DNA of 64,000 nt from an uncultured virus (IMG/VR IMGVR_UViG_3300025853_000072). Taxonomy: Duplodnaviria > Heunggongvirae > Uroviricota > Caudoviricetes > Crassvirales. The number at the start of each line of letters is the position of its first letter. The stretch's first letter is position 1. The notes beneath the pieces were generated by a model. That model ran no database searches, had not been told where the DNA came from, and was given only the letters and a program-made list of their open reading frames with translations. This document shows positions 28,901 to 38,600 of the stretch, in pieces. The stretch is taken from the IMG/VR virus record IMGVR_UViG_3300025853_000072; one strand, written 5' to 3'. The translations under genes and the position numbers were made by a program.

Positions 28901-31900
28901 ACCATTTCTGATTCGTGGACACCGATTACAACGTGCCCTCAGATCTGGTACTCTAGCTGGACCAAATACTCGAACAACGCTTCTGTTGAATCGGACCCCT
29001 TGATTGTAGCAGGAGGGATGGCGGCCAGCGATCTGAACGCCGAACCCACAAACGGAGATTATTCCGACCACCAGGTGTCATATCCGTATCCTATCGTTAT
29101 ACCAGGAACGGGTGGATTCGACGGGGAGGGTGGCTTGACTAGCGGAGAGATTGAGCAGGACCCATTCGGGACTGGCTTTAACTCTGTAGACTTTGAGAGA
29201 CTTCACTCTCATTGTGAGCTGTCGAACGCCGTTACAAACTACGAGCCATCAACGTTTGTTGGAGGTACGTCATTTAAGAGCGGAGCCTCTCACGACTTTG
29301 GAATCATCTACTACGATGAAAGAGGACGCCACGGATATGTAAATCCAGTGGGGTCCGTGTACGTGGAGACACTCGGCGGAAGAACTGGACCGAACACGAA
29401 GGGAGCTGCCTTCATCAAGGCGTCAAACATTACTCATACGCCACCACCGTGGGCCAAGACGTATAAGTTTGCGTACAGCAAGAACACCAGTATTGACAGG
29501 TTTATCCAGTACAATGCAGGTGGTGCATTCGTGGCCAACGCGGACTACGAAGGAGGCAACTCCAGCGAGATCTACGTCTCGTTGAACTACCTGCAAGGAC
29601 ATCCTATCTCGTACAGCAATTCGTTTGGAGCCAAGGGTGAGGACGGAACACCTGTGATGTATTCATTCACCCCAGGTGATAGGCTCCGAGTGCTGTCATA
29701 CATGACCAGCATGGATGGGGCAAACATCAGCAGGGTGTACCCCAACAATATAGAGTTTGAGGTTACGGGGGTGACGCAGTTTGACGACACCGCATCCAAC
29801 CCATTTGCAGAGACTGACGACGCGGGTGACACCGTAGTAACAGAGGCTCAGAAAGGTCTGTTCTTGGTGTTGAAAAACAATATCGACGCTCAAGGATTTA
29901 GGCTGCAGGATGTGGAGCAAGGCAACGACAACTGGGGAAGCAACTGCATCTTTGAAATCTACTCTCCGAAGAAAGAGGTGGACGAAGACGCTAGGCTGTA
30001 CTACGAGGTGGGGGCTGCGTATCCTATTGTAAGCGTACCGACAGAAGGTCAAAGCGTTTTGACTCACGCCAATGCAGAGGTGCTGTTGACTCAGGGAGAT
30101 GTGTTCTTTAGAAGGCACGCCGTAAACCTTAGGGAGTCTCAGGGAGGCGAAGGGTTTGTGGACCTCTTGACACCTGTAGACAACGACGAAGAGGTCGTGG
30201 CTCCAGAGGCAAACTTCAAGAGCTACTACCTAGAGTCGGAGGCGGCTACAGATTTGTTCCCTTCAAGGGCTGTGTCCATAGGCAGACCTAACATTGTAAA
30301 AACGGACGCAAGGGAATCGAACAGGGAGGCTAGTTTGATTCACTCAGACAGAGATGTAGTCGAATCGAGCAAGGTCGGGTACTCGTCCTTTAACAGGACG
30401 ATCCCCTCGGACATGGAGATCGACTTTAAGGCAGGCCCTATCCACTACCTGTGCAACCATCAAGACTCGTTGTTCTTTGTTCAGAACAACAAGTGCGGTC
30501 ACATTCCAGTAGACAGGACCCTTATCTCAGATGTGGCTGGATCTCAGAGTCTTATCGCCTCTAGCAAGTTCTTGGGCACGCCCAGATACTATGCAGGAGA
30601 TGCAGGATGTGACGGAGACCCGTCGTCCGTGGTCAACGTAGACACAACCGCCTACTTCGTAAACAAGTCTGTCGGCAAGGTGTACAAGGTTCACCCCGCC
30701 AATGGGGTGAACGTCATCTCCGACGCTGGCATGGCTGGATTCTTTAGAGAGGAGTTGGCCAATGCGGTGAGTCAGGGCAAGAGAATCATCGGAGGCTACG
30801 ACCCTCAAAAGAAAGAGTACTTGCTTTCCATTGTTGATGAATCTACCGTAATCTCTGGGGTACTGCCTTCGGAAGATGTCGATGAGGGATTTGTAGCGTC
30901 TACAGTTGATGTGACTTCTGGAGGAGAGATCGTAGACATCACCGCATTCGAGGACCCGACTGATGAGTTCTTCGAACCAGACCAGGAAGTCGAAGCGGTT
31001 CACTCTGTCAGGTTCTTCTGGCAGCCTTCATTAGATTTGGATGAGGCATCTTGGAAGATGGTGTACAGAGACGGAACCGTTGCAGAGGATTTTTCTACGT
31101 TCAAGACAAAGAACACTACGTCTGGATATCTTCTCGGCAATCTCGTGATTAGAGTTGAGAACCCTCATCTCTCAGCAAAGGCGATAGACAGATACGATGT
31201 AACCCTGGCCACCCCAGAATTTGACGGTTTCGTCACCACAAGCGAAGCGGACGATCAAAAGGCTGAGTCTATATTCGGGCCTCAGGTAGACAATCCAGAC
31301 AGTCTATTCTCTTGGAAAGGGAGCAATTTTGTTGAGTCTGTAAGCGGTGGCCCGCTGACCAATGTGTTTAGCAATACACCTGCTCCGATCTTTCTTTCAC
31401 TTCCTAATACTTCTTCGCCTAAGCTAGAGCTTGATGTGAATATCTACAGATCTGGCGTAAACGGGCAGGCAGACTTCGAAGATGGAGATGTTTATGAAGA
31501 GGTCGTGCCTATCCAGTTCCCGATCGACATCAACTCTCCAGACGATCTTCAAACTTATAATGATTTATTTGTAGGAGATGTTCTTGCTTCATGGAACTCA
31601 ACCATCTCTGTGTCTGCAGAAGCGGGATCTCAGTTCAGGACAAACGCGCTGTCGCCACTACACGATGAGTATCAGCAAGATATGTTCGGTACTGTTTCAA
31701 TCCTGGGAGACGTGGAGACAGAGAACGAGTACAACAACATCGGTGAATTGCCTGTTACAATAGAGGTACTCGGAGAGAGCGTCAACTGGCCCATCTGTCA
31801 TCCCGAGATTGGCCTTTGGCAGCTTCTGCCTCCGTCATATTTTGATGCAGGAGGAACTATTTCCCAGGAGACCTACAGCGAGCTTGAACTCTTATTTGAC

Positions 31901-32185
31901 CTTCTAATCTGGTGGCAAGACAGAGGTCAAGCCGTTTACGAATACTTCCCCAATCTCGCAACTTTTGAATCACTCTCAGAGCAGGAGGCGGCACAAGCTA
32001 TTGCCGATATTCGAAACGCCTTGGTGGAAGCCATCAATGGCGGTCAGATAGCTTCGTTCACGTGCCCCAACATCGACTACAGCAAAATCAGCTGGGTGTC
32101 GCAGGACGGATTACAACCACCCTGGCCCGCCGCTTGGCCTCGTTACGACGACTGGCTAAGTGAATACATCAACGAACAACCATGA
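25919..32185 (+). CDS. Tail stabilisation/nozzle protein (P22 gp10-like beta-propeller) with large insertions
   Basis: 2088 aa; DALNV, LLYFTDNKNEPRKVNV, RLVYGNYVEGF, SFKSG..H.FGIIYYDERGR and IIGGYDP..KEYLL. Confidence 0.8.
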   Translation: MIDKLTPRFLDKSTDEKLVQKTSFVDALNVYVDGDLDSESAGVIKSIKGNSPIAFASDELSLDGDQGSWYCLGSTVDQNTGIVYFFMVGEGRGNHGVFAYDHRGVLPSKVRDDDGNITGFDTPTPGKLRRIIVSNDFAFPSKGFVKGDVVYTNTSTFREYDQNGPEKDVLLYFTDNKNEPRKVNVYRAYFTDGFSSEDRQPRRDQINACPRVPLGKVTFTFVNDESLSVNNFAASPGFQFAYQNIYKDGLESAISPYSDIAFPPSIVNRGAANKDNILAHNKCVLTIPRQNVEVESVRLLARYGNGANFIEIDEIPNVDPGNDITFDFLNDRVPGGVSKQTTDKTFDNLPRRAESQTVVSSRLVYGNYVEGFDNVDCKGVELEPVYTDRPAEILEYTVDVSPSIEMVDPDGLVPSAQRNKTIGFKIDSDQFADQISANTQISVSLKFSPDNNFHLYDVSNITPSGGSSGFDFSSYHQSRHVGDQSKNLTGYKTEGVVDQSPAFFQDQNYQSEEHAGGKFLQKFNENYFGFNRGVGGGGTGSNSPTEDLTYWRNVLDQGDLGEYSLDANQNRPIVYGTSAGNPLVLQGGTLIFKTSFRVLETIEGGGGQLIVSVINGLLEGLTIEEVASEYGFSDDLVEVLEVKRTHDHEISLGLEDYTSIPVNSGLGNLICGAGVLFNNSQSISDKLQDKPPSCAFIVNKATVRFYLERSAPKRFRICISKVVVDDSDGVMTCVRDLDPKSPWWAISKDTLNSPSFQANFNSIWQNNLRVSSRVFLEVPVGTTGGGVFRNFSSVFSKGYEVDEDTSAFTTVHSSKPVMEACFGFLEVGVDDDGERNLLRFAADSTGSAQNFRYSLMDGEGGPGGVGSEGDAYDFVGADRYGTIAGQVFVGYDQDAISKVAEYPGGDQDGLSSAQAYCGVDETGDVMGQQRGLLLIANDNVAEDLGIIDSDPIDDLGYRHTTVLMGPYYTGKIVLNNLTASAENASSAYVNPSGTTISDSWTPITTCPQIWYSSWTKYSNNASVESDPLIVAGGMAASDLNAEPTNGDYSDHQVSYPYPIVIPGTGGFDGEGGLTSGEIEQDPFGTGFNSVDFERLHSHCELSNAVTNYEPSTFVGGTSFKSGASHDFGIIYYDERGRHGYVNPVGSVYVETLGGRTGPNTKGAAFIKASNITHTPPPWAKTYKFAYSKNTSIDRFIQYNAGGAFVANADYEGGNSSEIYVSLNYLQGHPISYSNSFGAKGEDGTPVMYSFTPGDRLRVLSYMTSMDGANISRVYPNNIEFEVTGVTQFDDTASNPFAETDDAGDTVVTEAQKGLFLVLKNNIDAQGFRLQDVEQGNDNWGSNCIFEIYSPKKEVDEDARLYYEVGAAYPIVSVPTEGQSVLTHANAEVLLTQGDVFFRRHAVNLRESQGGEGFVDLLTPVDNDEEVVAPEANFKSYYLESEAATDLFPSRAVSIGRPNIVKTDARESNREASLIHSDRDVVESSKVGYSSFNRTIPSDMEIDFKAGPIHYLCNHQDSLFFVQNNKCGHIPVDRTLISDVAGSQSLIASSKFLGTPRYYAGDAGCDGDPSSVVNVDTTAYFVNKSVGKVYKVHPANGVNVISDAGMAGFFREELANAVSQGKRIIGGYDPQKKEYLLSIVDESTVISGVLPSEDVDEGFVASTVDVTSGGEIVDITAFEDPTDEFFEPDQEVEAVHSVRFFWQPSLDLDEASWKMVYRDGTVAEDFSTFKTKNTTSGYLLGNLVIRVENPHLSAKAIDRYDVTLATPEFDGFVTTSEADDQKAESIFGPQVDNPDSLFSWKGSNFVESVSGGPLTNVFSNTPAPIFLSLPNTSSPKLELDVNIYRSGVNGQADFEDGDVYEEVVPIQFPIDINSPDDLQTYNDLFVGDVLASWNSTISVSAEAGSQFRTNALSPLHDEYQQDMFGTVSILGDVETENEYNNIGELPVTIEVLGESVNWPICHPEIGLWQLLPPSYFDAGGTISQETYSELELLFDLLIWWQDRGQAVYEYFPNLATFESLSEQEAAQAIADIRNALVEAINGGQIASFTCPNIDYSKISWVSQDGLQPPWPAAWPRYDDWLSEYINEQP

Positions 32186-33045
32186 CGATAGCATTTTCTA
32201 CAACGTCAAACAGATGGACATCGAGATATAGCTTCGAGCCTAACGCTTACTTTCATGTGGACCAGCAGCTCGTGTCTTTACCCACGAGCGATCTGGGCCA
32301 CGACAAGAGAGCATGGAGACACGACGTCGACAATACCAATCGCAATAAATTCTACGGAACCAGCTACAACACCGAGTTCGAGGTGGTGTCCAACAACAAT
32401 CCGTCGGCAACAAAGAACTTCGAGGCGGTATCGCTGGAGACTCCAGTGGACGCCAGCTGGCGCATGGACTTCGAAACGATAGACGAAGGGGCTGCGACGT
32501 CTGTGTTCACAAAAAAAGAGAACGACTTCTACGCAGAGGTGCCCAGGACTTCGGACCTGCGCAACTCAAGATTAGTTCACATCGGCAGCATCAGCGCCGA
32601 GGACTTTACGGTGGAGGCGATCCAGAGAGGAGAGGGCATGAATCTTAAAACCGTATCTTCTCAGATCGTAAACGGTCCGCTTGTGTTTACGAAGGCAGAT
32701 AAAGAACTGGCGGTGCTTAGAAAGAATCCACAGTATGGCACATCTCAGGGAGGATATCAATCATTCCTGGACGGCAATGTTGCTGGATTCGCTATCTTTT
32801 GCATGAATTATGACGGGAGGCTTCAAGTACAGAAGTTTACTTCTGAAGAAACACCACCCGCGATCGAACTCAACGGCCAGCGGGAGGTGCAGCTATACGC
32901 CATCGACCTGTCATCTGGGAGACCGCTTCGTGGGGACTACCTCAAGATCAAAGTAACTGCAAATCCTGTGGACTTTGAGTTGTTTGCGATCAACGTGGAC
33001 CACCACAACACAAACCTTGACCACAGTTTGGGTCAAAATAACTAA
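32182..33045 (+). CDS. Separate C-terminal part of the tail stabilisation protein
   Basis: TIAFS...RWTSRYSFEP, NNNPSATKNFEAVSLE, KKENDFYA, LRGDYLKI and ELFAIN. Confidence 0.65.
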   Translation: MTIAFSTTSNRWTSRYSFEPNAYFHVDQQLVSLPTSDLGHDKRAWRHDVDNTNRNKFYGTSYNTEFEVVSNNNPSATKNFEAVSLETPVDASWRMDFETIDEGAATSVFTKKENDFYAEVPRTSDLRNSRLVHIGSISAEDFTVEAIQRGEGMNLKTVSSQIVNGPLVFTKADKELAVLRKNPQYGTSQGGYQSFLDGNVAGFAIFCMNYDGRLQVQKFTSEETPPAIELNGQREVQLYAIDLSSGRPLRGDYLKIKVTANPVDFELFAINVDHHNTNLDHSLGQNN

Positions 33046-33050
33046 ATTTG
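33043..33050 (+). promoter_or_regulatory. -7 promoter TAAATTTG, 4 nt before ATG 33055
   Basis: TAnnTTTG match. Confidence 0.7.
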
Positions 33051-33054
33051 TAGT

Positions 33055-33996
33055 ATGAACGAGCAGTATTTAAAGTACTTGGCGTCTATCCAGAGCCCAC
33101 AGACGCAGAGGAGTCAGGGTCTGGTGAGTACGGGTGCTGGGGTTGTGGATCTTTTGCGAGGTCGCGGCATGCAGCGTGGGGCCGAACAGCAGATCGAGGA
33201 GCTCGGCGCCAACGTAGATGACATCCAGTCTCGCATGGGCCAGCTCACTGCTCCGAGCATGATGAGCGACGAGGTTCTTGCGGCGGCCACCAGGAACGCG
33301 GCAATCCTGGGTCAACAGTTTCAGCCAGATCCCTCGGAGGAGCTGGCAGCTGCGAAGACAGCCATCGAAGCTGGCGCAGATCCCGCCACAGTAGCACGCA
33401 TGCAGGCCGAGGCCCAGACCAGAGAGCAGCAGCAGAATCAGGCTCAGGGACAACAAGCCTTTCAGCAGGGTATGCAGTTCGGTCAGCAGGACGCCTTCAA
33501 CGAATACGCTCAGCAACAACAGGCCCTGGGTACGGAGATGGACCTTGCGCAGCAGCAACTCGAAGCAGCTCAGAGAGAGTCACTTATGGGGCAGCAACTC
33601 GCACAGGCTGGAACCTCAAACATCGGCAAGGGCGTGGGTAAGTTCATTACGAACTACGACCCCACCGCTGCAGGAGAGGGCGCAGGTTTCTTCCAGAACC
33701 TGGGTGCCAATATCTTCCAGGCCGAGGAAGGCATGAAGGTGCAGAAGACTCCAGGAGAGTTCGATCACGACACCAACGACATGGTTCTCATGGCCCAGAC
33801 AGAGGGTGGTTTGGTGGACACTGGCATCCGCCAGACGGGAGGTGAGTTCGTGCTCAACCCCGAGCAGGCGGATGGTCTGGAAGAGGCGTACGACAACGTA
33901 GACAGAGACGACCCTACATACGATCAGCTGTTGGCACTTTACGAGGCCGCTAGATTCTTGGACGAGCCACAGTTTGACGACGATTACGCAGCATAA
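33055..33996 (+). CDS. Putative internal virion/ejection protein
   Basis: Q/A-rich helical 313 aa; TPGEFDH.TN and TGGEFVLNP. Confidence 0.6.
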   Translation: MNEQYLKYLASIQSPQTQRSQGLVSTGAGVVDLLRGRGMQRGAEQQIEELGANVDDIQSRMGQLTAPSMMSDEVLAAATRNAAILGQQFQPDPSEELAAAKTAIEAGADPATVARMQAEAQTREQQQNQAQGQQAFQQGMQFGQQDAFNEYAQQQQALGTEMDLAQQQLEAAQRESLMGQQLAQAGTSNIGKGVGKFITNYDPTAAGEGAGFFQNLGANIFQAEEGMKVQKTPGEFDHDTNDMVLMAQTEGGLVDTGIRQTGGEFVLNPEQADGLEEAYDNVDRDDPTYDQLLALYEAARFLDEPQFDDDYAA

Positions 33997-35573
33997 TGGC
34001 AAAGGAAAAGTACTACGACCACCTCAAGCCTCAGCTAGGCCCTGTAAGCTTCTCTGATGCGATTGATCAGCAGATCGAAATCGTCAATCAGCAGCGCCGT
34101 CAACGCGCGGCGATGGAGTTTAATCTTGCAAAGGACCGTCAGAAGCAGCTTGAAAAGCAGCAGAAGGAGACGCTTGGGTTCGACGTGGCAGACCTGTCAG
34201 AGATCGACAAGCAGACGTTCGGGAACAAGATGGACTGGGTGAAGAGTAGGATCAACAACTACTACTACACGGGAGGCAATACGGCAGAGTTTGCCGAGGA
34301 CATCAACGGTCTGAAGACACTGCACTCCACCCTCAAGAATCACGCAGATAACGTGAATACTTCCAGATCCAACCTGGAGGGCTGGGTTACGGGGACCAAG
34401 CAGTGGACCAACAACGAGTTGGAGTTGAAGGACAGCATGGACACCTTCAATCAGAAGGCCATGATGTGGGAGATGTCGGGCATCGACCCAGAATCTATCA
34501 GGATTGACGCGAACGGAGACACCTACGCCTACTACACGGACATCAACGGAAACCGCCTCAAAGGTCAGGACGGCAAGGACCTGTTTGGTCTTGCCTCTAT
34601 GTCTCCTACCCGTGGGTCTCAGGAGTTCTTCTCTCCTACGGCAGCACCGTACGCCAACCTCTTGCCTGGAAAGTTCTCCAAGGAGTTCGCTTCAGCCGCC
34701 ACCAGACTCAAGAAAGACGAGAGCACCAGCTACGATCAGAAGGTGCAGCAGCTCAGCAAGTGGGTCACGGCCACGGCCATGCAGAACCCATCGGTACAGG
34801 CCACGGCATTGAACGTATTCAACGAGAATTACGGCAATGCTGCACAGGCCGCCATCCAGGAAGACGCTGCGTCCCTTCAAGAGGGCGCAGCTCCTATCCA
34901 TGTCAGGGAGTATGTAGACGAAACGATGAGGTTCCTTGTCGGTAACCTGCAGGCTAAGAGCGACGAGTCTGGAACTAAGATCAAGCCTATGCCTTCGTTC
35001 TCTACATTTAACCCCAGCAACTACGCATTCTACGGTGAGATGGGGCCAGGCTCTACAGGCCAGCCTGTGGCAGAGGGGATTACAAACATGCTCGTCCCGT
35101 CTACAAGCGCAGGCGGTTCCAGCATGATGATCAAGAGGAGCTACGTCCCGCAGACCGCAGACGATCCTAGATACAACGAGGTCAGCGACCAGTACAAGGT
35201 GCTGTCCGTCGCCCTGGATACGCAGAAAAACCTGTTTGTCGATGCCGAGATGTACTTCGAGTTGACTGGAGACGAACTTGCCAACGACCCAGAGCTTCAG
35301 GCACGTAGGGCAAACCTCATCGCCTTGGGGCTTTCCACAGACGCGGCTAAGATCAGCCGCAAGAAGCGTACTTCAAACATCATGGTTGCACCGACACTCA
35401 TGAAGGACGGCAGGAATGTGCGCAATCCAGAATACATGTCCATCTTGGCCAAGCTTGCATACATCAAGGGATATAGAATCGACGACACGGTTCAGGCAGC
35501 GGCCAAGGGTATGGATATTCTTGAGGCATTCAACGACGAGCAGGCGCAGATCGCCGCGTCGATGCCTCAATAA
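33996..35573 (+). CDS. Putative internal virion/ejection protein
   Basis: 525-aa helical ORF between the tail genes and the giant protein. Confidence 0.6.
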   Translation: MAKEKYYDHLKPQLGPVSFSDAIDQQIEIVNQQRRQRAAMEFNLAKDRQKQLEKQQKETLGFDVADLSEIDKQTFGNKMDWVKSRINNYYYTGGNTAEFAEDINGLKTLHSTLKNHADNVNTSRSNLEGWVTGTKQWTNNELELKDSMDTFNQKAMMWEMSGIDPESIRIDANGDTYAYYTDINGNRLKGQDGKDLFGLASMSPTRGSQEFFSPTAAPYANLLPGKFSKEFASAATRLKKDESTSYDQKVQQLSKWVTATAMQNPSVQATALNVFNENYGNAAQAAIQEDAASLQEGAAPIHVREYVDETMRFLVGNLQAKSDESGTKIKPMPSFSTFNPSNYAFYGEMGPGSTGQPVAEGITNMLVPSTSAGGSSMMIKRSYVPQTADDPRYNEVSDQYKVLSVALDTQKNLFVDAEMYFELTGDELANDPELQARRANLIALGLSTDAAKISRKKRTSNIMVAPTLMKDGRNVRNPEYMSILAKLAYIKGYRIDDTVQAAAKGMDILEAFNDEQAQIAASMPQ

Positions 35574-35578
35574 TTTAT

Positions 35579-35586
35579 TATATTTG
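35579..35586 (+). promoter_or_regulatory. -7 promoter TATATTTG upstream of ATG 35601
   Basis: TAnnTTTG match. Confidence 0.7.
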
Positions 35587-35600
35587 TAAAAAGCATTTAG

Positions 35601-38600
35601 ATGTCTGACAATCTTGACTTTCTAAACGGGATCGAACCCGAGGAGGATTCTTTTTTTTTTAGAGGACGGAGTATTCCCAGGAGTCCCCGTTCTTTCAAGC
35701 TCGGACTCAGCTTCTCAGCTGGGTTCGTCGGCGTATACGCCACTACCTCAAGACGCACCTACAGGCTCGGGTATTCAGCCCACTCTTGATTTCTCCCTCC
35801 TCCCTGCAAATGTGCAGGAGCAGATGGAGGGGTTGGGGTACACGATGCCCCAGGACGTGGAGATGCCAGAGATTCTATCCACGTTCAACAATCAGTACGA
35901 GAGTATGCAGGACGCATACGATCAGTACATGCTGGCCGCCACACCAGAGGGTGGCTTCCAGAGTCAGGAAGAACTCAGCGCAGCAAACGATGCGTTCACT
36001 ATGGATGTACAGAATCCATACAGTGAATCATTCGACTCGTACAAGAAGTCCATCGACGAGCAGAACAAGTACAGACAGGAGTACTCAAGTGCGCTCATGC
36101 GGGTGGCCACACCATCCAGCCTAAACGACGCATTCTCTTTCGTCAAAAAAGACTCTGACGTCTACGCACTGGACAAGGTCGAACTGCAGGACGCAGAGGA
36201 TTACCAGTTCAATCTTCCAGGGATGAACAAAACCCAAGTCGGTGCTATCAGAGGGACCGACTTGTTGTTCTCTATGGCTCCTGACAAGGAGGGCAAGTCA
36301 CTCCCGTACTTCGAGAAGGTCATGACCGATGACATCGTCAGGGGCATCGACCAGGCAGGCTACCTGGTGGACCAGGCCAAGACGGAGGTGGTGCCTACAG
36401 CTCTCGGAGAGAAGTGGATGAAGGAGACGTTGGACCCTGAAGCCATGAAGATGGTGGCACTCAATGTCGAGAAGATCGAAAACGCCATGGCTCTTCGCAA
36501 CTCCGTGGGTCGCACCACACAGCAGCTTTCTTCTGCGGTGAACGACCTCATGGACGGGTTCGGAATCAAAAGAGCGAAGGGCCTCAGGGACATGACTGTC
36601 GCTGAGAGGAGAGAATTGATGGCTGAGATCGACGACGCCTACAAGGACATGAAGGAGAACATGGTGAAGAATCAAACACCATACTCCGAAAGGCAACTCA
36701 ATGACGCCAGACTTACGGTCTGGATGGACAAGCTAGCAAAGAATGTCAGAGAGAACATTATGATCTCTGAGGAGGAGTTCAAGTCTCTGTATCCAGAGCA
36801 AGAGTATGTAGAGTACGAGAAGTACATGGAGCTCAAGGTAATGGAGGATCTCATGACCGACGAGCAGTCTGCTCTTGCCGCATCTTACTTCGGAGAAGAC
36901 TCCGTGAAGCTGCTGCTCGACATGGACAGTGCGGTAGGCGAAAGAAACAAGAGGTTTACCGACAAGAAGATTGCCTTCAAGCAGGGATTGATCGACTTCG
37001 ACAAGAGCCTCGACGCCCTTGCAACGGCTACGGGAGGCTTCGAGGTTGCTGGAGTATCTTCAATGGGTCCTGCATTTACACCAGCAGTATATACGCAGGA
37101 GCAGAGAGAAGAGAGGGAGAGACAGCTCAGGCTTAGAGACGTTGCGAAAGACGAGAAAATCCAGGAGCTCCAAGATCAGAGAACGAAGTACGCATCTGGT
37201 GCGGAGCTCGTAGATAAGTTTGGAGACAACGCATTGCTGAGCAGCAGCGAGTTGATGAACAAGTTCAACAGACTGCAAAGCGAGATCAAGAGCGACGTGG
37301 AATTTGAAACATTCCACGCGCCTGCTATCAGATCTTTGCCTCAGTCTCTGTCTGGCCAAGCCCTAGGTCTTGGTGCCACCGTTCTTACGGGTGGTAATGC
37401 CGCCGTCGGTGCGGCAGTCAACGGCGCATGGACTCACAGCCTTGTGTCTGCACGGTCGTACTACGACACCTACATGGACCCGAGGTTCGACGACATGTCG
37501 GAGACTCAAAGAAAGATGTACGCTCAGGTCAAGGGTGCGACAGAAGGTGCAGGTGAGGCGGCTCAGTTCTACCTTCTTGCCAGCGGAGGCAGAATCATCA
37601 ACAGTGTAGGGACTAAGGCAGGTGCCCAGGCGTTCTCAAGGGGTGCGTACGACAGGTACAGAGCCGTGTTCAATAGAGGCAAGTTTACAGGCGTAAGAAA
37701 CAGAACGTCTACTGAGGCAATCGGAGACTGGCTGTTAGGTAGGTCTGCATACATGGGTGTCAACGCGGCAGGTGAGTACGTAGCTGAAGGAACCACTGGT
37801 GGTTTGGGATATATCGCAGATCGTATAGCTCTTGGGGAGCGCATTGACGGAGAGCAGATGCTCGATATCATGCATCACGACGGCAAGATCGGCATGTACT
37901 CTACGCTCTATCTTGGTGGCGGAGGCGCCCTCGTGCAGGACGCCATCGCCGCCACTCAGCTTGGACTAGAGAAAGCGAAGATCTCTGACGCATTCGGAGC
38001 TAGAGCACGCGCTGCATTCCACCAGTCTCTTGTCAAGTCTGGTCAGATGTCTGGCATGGGCAACGCTGCGAAAACAAAAGCTCTTAGAGAAGCACAGACT
38101 AAGCTGTCAGATCTGCTCAAGCAGAGACAGGTTGACTTGACTGCAGACATGAAGGCCGCTCTGGAGAGAGGGGAGGATGTTTCCGAGCTCGACCTAAACA
38201 AGGAGGAGCAAGAGGTAATGGATCAAATCAAAGGTCTAGTTACTTCGGAGCTTCAGAATAGAGAGGATCTTTCTGGTGTGTACGCCAAGTTGTTCGACGA
38301 AGGAAGGTTTGACATCCTTGCAGAACTGATGGAGCGTGACAACGCTGACAAGTTTTATGACTGGGTGTTGTCATTTGACGAGCGAGGCATCACCATCGAT
38401 GAGAACGGTGCAGCTAGAACTGCAGACGGCAAGCTTGCAAAGGGATACGGTTCTCGTCTTGACGCTCAGTACGGCAAGCTGTCAGATAAGGAGAAGGCAG
38501 AGTTCAGGGAAGCACAGAAAGACAACCGATTCAGAAAAAGAGTCATTCAAGAGACTGCGAATCTAGGTTACTCAAGGCTTACAGGTAGACTCATATCAGA

